Positions 61,530 to 64,000 of a DNA stretch of 64,000 bases are shown piece by piece. The translations under genes and the position numbers were made by a program. Positions within the stretch are counted from its first letter, which is position 1. Each line of letters begins with the position of its first letter. Below the pieces are notes generated by a model. That model saw nothing but the letters and a program-made list of their open reading frames with translations. It ran no database searches and was not told the DNA's origin. This DNA comes from Acaryochloridaceae cyanobacterium VAR_48_metabat_390 (GTDB taxonomy: Bacteria; Cyanobacteriota; Cyanobacteriia; Thermosynechococcales; Thermosynechococcaceae), in contig JANPLU010000090.1 in NCBI GenBank assembly GCA_031422435.1, forward strand, positions 23,225 through 87,224. Reading direction: 5' to 3'.

Positions 61530-63194
61530 CTACTTAGTTTCTGGCACAATGGCGGAACGTGAAAATACAGTTCTTGGCAAAGACTGGACAAACTCAACAT
61601 TAAATTGACTGTTTTTACTCATCGCCTTGACATAGGCTGATTGGAGCCAGGGTAAATAGCGACTGTCCTTTTCAACATATGCCTTAAAAAAAGCCAAGCT
61701 AAATTGATTGAGGCCAGTTTTAATTTCCTCAGGCTCCCTTTTTTCATTTTCCTTAAGCTTCTTAGACAACGAACGCTGCATAAATTTTAGGTCAACATGA
61801 GAAAACCCAGAGAGAATCGTTAGATACTTATGTTGACTACCCAGCTCATCAAAAGAAGGGATTTGTTCTAAAACCATTGGCGTGGTCGTATCTTCAGTCA
61901 ATACTTGCCATAGCACTGGGATAGTAATCTGCCGCATACCATCGTTTCCATAAATGCTTCTACTAAAGGGAAATAAAACAAAAAGAGATCGAACCCTTGT
62001 ATCTCTGAGATCGTAGTTTTTTCGAGGAAGATCTAAAGCACGACATTGAACAAACAAAGATAAATTATTTAGATTGAGGTTAGATCCACAATCTTGCTCC
62101 AGTTTCTTAAAGTTAATTGTGCTTCCCCCTAAGGCAAGGGCTGTTGCCCCTCCCATCGAAAAACCAATTACTCCAACATTATTGGTTTGCAGTGTATTTT
62201 TAAAGTTTGATTGGTTAAGATGACCTAGCTCGTCAAGTAAGTAGCTAACATCACGAGGACGATCAATAAATTCACTTGCGGCAAAAATCTCGTTAGATAA
62301 ACCTTTGACAAACGCATCTAGCTTCTGGTCATCGCTACCAGGATGACCAGATATTGCTACTGCAAATCCATGAGACGCAAGATGTTTTGCAAGATAATCC
62401 CAGCGATTCAGTTTTCCACCAATTCCATTTTCAATGACAATAATGGGGATCTTATAAGGTTTATTTTCAACGGGGACGTATAAATTAGCTTTGAATTTTC
62501 GATTTCGAGAGCGATCATACAGTAACAGGCTATGATATTTGAATTTAAATTTACCTTGCATTTTTAAATTAGGAAGCTGTTTGAAGTTAGGGGGAGACGC
62601 TGCCTTAGCTTCCTTGTTTGCTTGGCTTTTAATCTTTAAGATTAGATTCTGTGTTTCTGTCTTAAGAGATTGATTTTCTTGATTAATTTTTATAATATTT
62701 TCAAGGTCTATCTGTATATCAAAGGGGAAATTGCGAACCACATCTAAAACCGTAAAACCCGAAGGGGATGCTGCTGATTTCAGTAAAGCAATCTTTAAGT
62801 ATCTTGCTCCATTTTTGTCAAATGGCGTTGTGATAAGATTCCCAATTCGACTCAAAACATTAGTCATTACAGGCTCTTGCAAAACCCGATTGACGGCTAA
62901 GGAACTATACTCATATTTTGTTGTCAAAAACTCTAATAAGTTTTTTCTATTTTCCAGTCCAATATAGTTAATATAAAACTCAAAAGAATCTGATGCTTTT
63001 CTATTTTTGGAGAACGCATCTAAATCCTGGGTAGTAATTGAAAATGGAATTGAGTTATAATTAAAATTAACTCGTTCGGCTGCTTGAACAGTAATGCTTC
63101 TAAAAAATAAAACTTGAACGATTTGAAATGACAGTACAGCTAAGGCTCTGAAGTAGACACGTTGAAATAGATTCGCTTTGTTTAAGAATTCCAT
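61530..63194 (-). CDS. DUF1400 + alpha/beta-hydrolase (predicted dienelactone hydrolase/lipase family), probably exported
   Basis: Signal-like N-terminus ending VQA-AERV, HLASHGFAV, DRPRDVS.LLD and GFSMGG nucleophile elbow; start uncertain (up to 63275). Confidence 0.85.
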   Translation of the reverse strand: MEFLNKANLFQRVYFRALAVLSFQIVQVLFFRSITVQAAERVNFNYNSIPFSITTQDLDAFSKNRKASDSFEFYINYIGLENRKNLLEFLTTKYEYSSLAVNRVLQEPVMTNVLSRIGNLITTPFDKNGARYLKIALLKSAASPSGFTVLDVVRNFPFDIQIDLENIIKINQENQSLKTETQNLILKIKSQANKEAKAASPPNFKQLPNLKMQGKFKFKYHSLLLYDRSRNRKFKANLYVPVENKPYKIPIIVIENGIGGKLNRWDYLAKHLASHGFAVAISGHPGSDDQKLDAFVKGLSNEIFAASEFIDRPRDVSYLLDELGHLNQSNFKNTLQTNNVGVIGFSMGGATALALGGSTINFKKLEQDCGSNLNLNNLSLFVQCRALDLPRKNYDLRDTRVRSLFVLFPFSRSIYGNDGMRQITIPVLWQVLTEDTTTPMVLEQIPSFDELGSQHKYLTILSGFSHVDLKFMQRSLSKKLKENEKREPEEIKTGLNQFSLAFFKAYVEKDSRYLPWLQSAYVKAMSKNSQFNVEFVQSLPRTVFSRSAIVPETK

Positions 63195-63462
63195 GATTAT
63201 GAGTTTAGATAATGCCAATGTGGATTGTACTATAAAATGGTGACTCATCAATTTTATTTGTGTTTTGATCTGCAATTCTCATAGTGAGAAAATCACCCTA
63301 GCTTATGGCAGTTTCAGTATCCCTAAACATTGTGAATTGGTTTGACTATTGCCGACTAAATATTTTTAAGGACTTGTTTTTAGGCTATAAACTTCATAAT
63401 GAGAATTGCTGTATTTTGATAGCGGTACAGTTGAGTTGAGAGGACTTATAAATGTGATCGCT

Positions 63463-63534
63463 ATGAAAATCGTTGACGTTTTAGAGTTCTACGCTGAGCG
63501 TGGGGGTGGAGTCTGCATCTATATCCCTTGGTGA
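63463..63534 (+). pseudogene. 5' stub of a GT4-family glycosyltransferase
   Basis: MKIVDVLEFYAERGGGVCIYIPW* resembles the M(R/K)IVDV..FY...GGGV..Y N-terminus of GT4 enzymes; stops after 23 aa. Confidence 0.55.
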
Positions 63535-64000
63535 TATAGAAAACTCGTGGAACTTTTGCAAATAGAAAATTATGGGCAAAATTACAATCTTGGGATTTTC
63601 CCAAGATTTGAACGAGGACATTGGGTTTCAGCCTCTATTTTGATTGTTCTCGCTGTTTGTCATGAGAATCAAAAAAGTTTTCTGCATCACTAAACTGGTC
63701 GCCCGTCCAACCCAAATACATAAAGGACAATCTTAATTCAGTTCTCAATACTCCTTCTCTGGCGGGCTATGCTCAAAGGGTTAGACTAAATCGTGAATGT
63801 TATAAGGTTTCAACTTTGGACAGCATTGAGCAGCCGAGGGAGCATCTCACTTTTGCGATAAGTATTTATACTCAAGCATTTAAGACATTAAAAACGGGAG
63901 ACTTGAACAACTGGCCTTTCAATTTGCCCTCGCTCCGTGGTTCGTGGACCATCGAGACAGCTGGAAAACAACGGTGATGCGCGACAGTTGGTTGGATGGG

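Noticed and set aside
503..62967. Numerous 60-185 aa ORFs antisense or out of frame within conserved genes (e.g. 2464-2790, 32821-33378, 44009-44425, 54398-54781)
   Set aside because: Shadow ORFs of well-supported genes, with no independent motifs.

Overview
Cyanobacterial chromosome segment. The HIP1 octamer GCGATCGC occurs roughly once per kb by eye, and the gene orders are typical of cyanobacteria. Bases 1-25 kb are mostly core genes: dnaK (partial)-grpE, pilB-pilT-pilC, lysA-cdaA-uppS, rimI, clpC, dacB, nadE, the DUF3285-ybeY-dgkA-trpG-MBL cluster, prlC and rfbD. The most striking feature is an AT-rich, HIP1-free island at about 25.3-30.3 kb. It encodes a DDHD/PLA1-like lipase, a stand-alone mini-lipoxygenase and an atypical catalase-fold protein with no obvious proximal Tyr. 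Together these look like a candidate lipase -> LOX -> hydroperoxide-converting oxylipin pathway, with two MITE-like elements between the genes. Next come menD, a TPR protein, a ferredoxin, a six-gene phosphorelay cluster, a four-gene envelope/sugar-modification operon, queD, pfkB, narM, a degenerate AAA-wHTH protein divergent from pacL, sfsA and a Yfr2-like sRNA. The last 7 kb is a decaying accessory region: a frameshifted FHA-ABC transporter, a B12 radical-SAM pseudogene, a MITE, a DUF1400 hydrolase and a glycosyltransferase stub. No rRNA, tRNA, CRISPR array or intact transposase was seen. All calls rest on motif recognition by eye; no searches were run.
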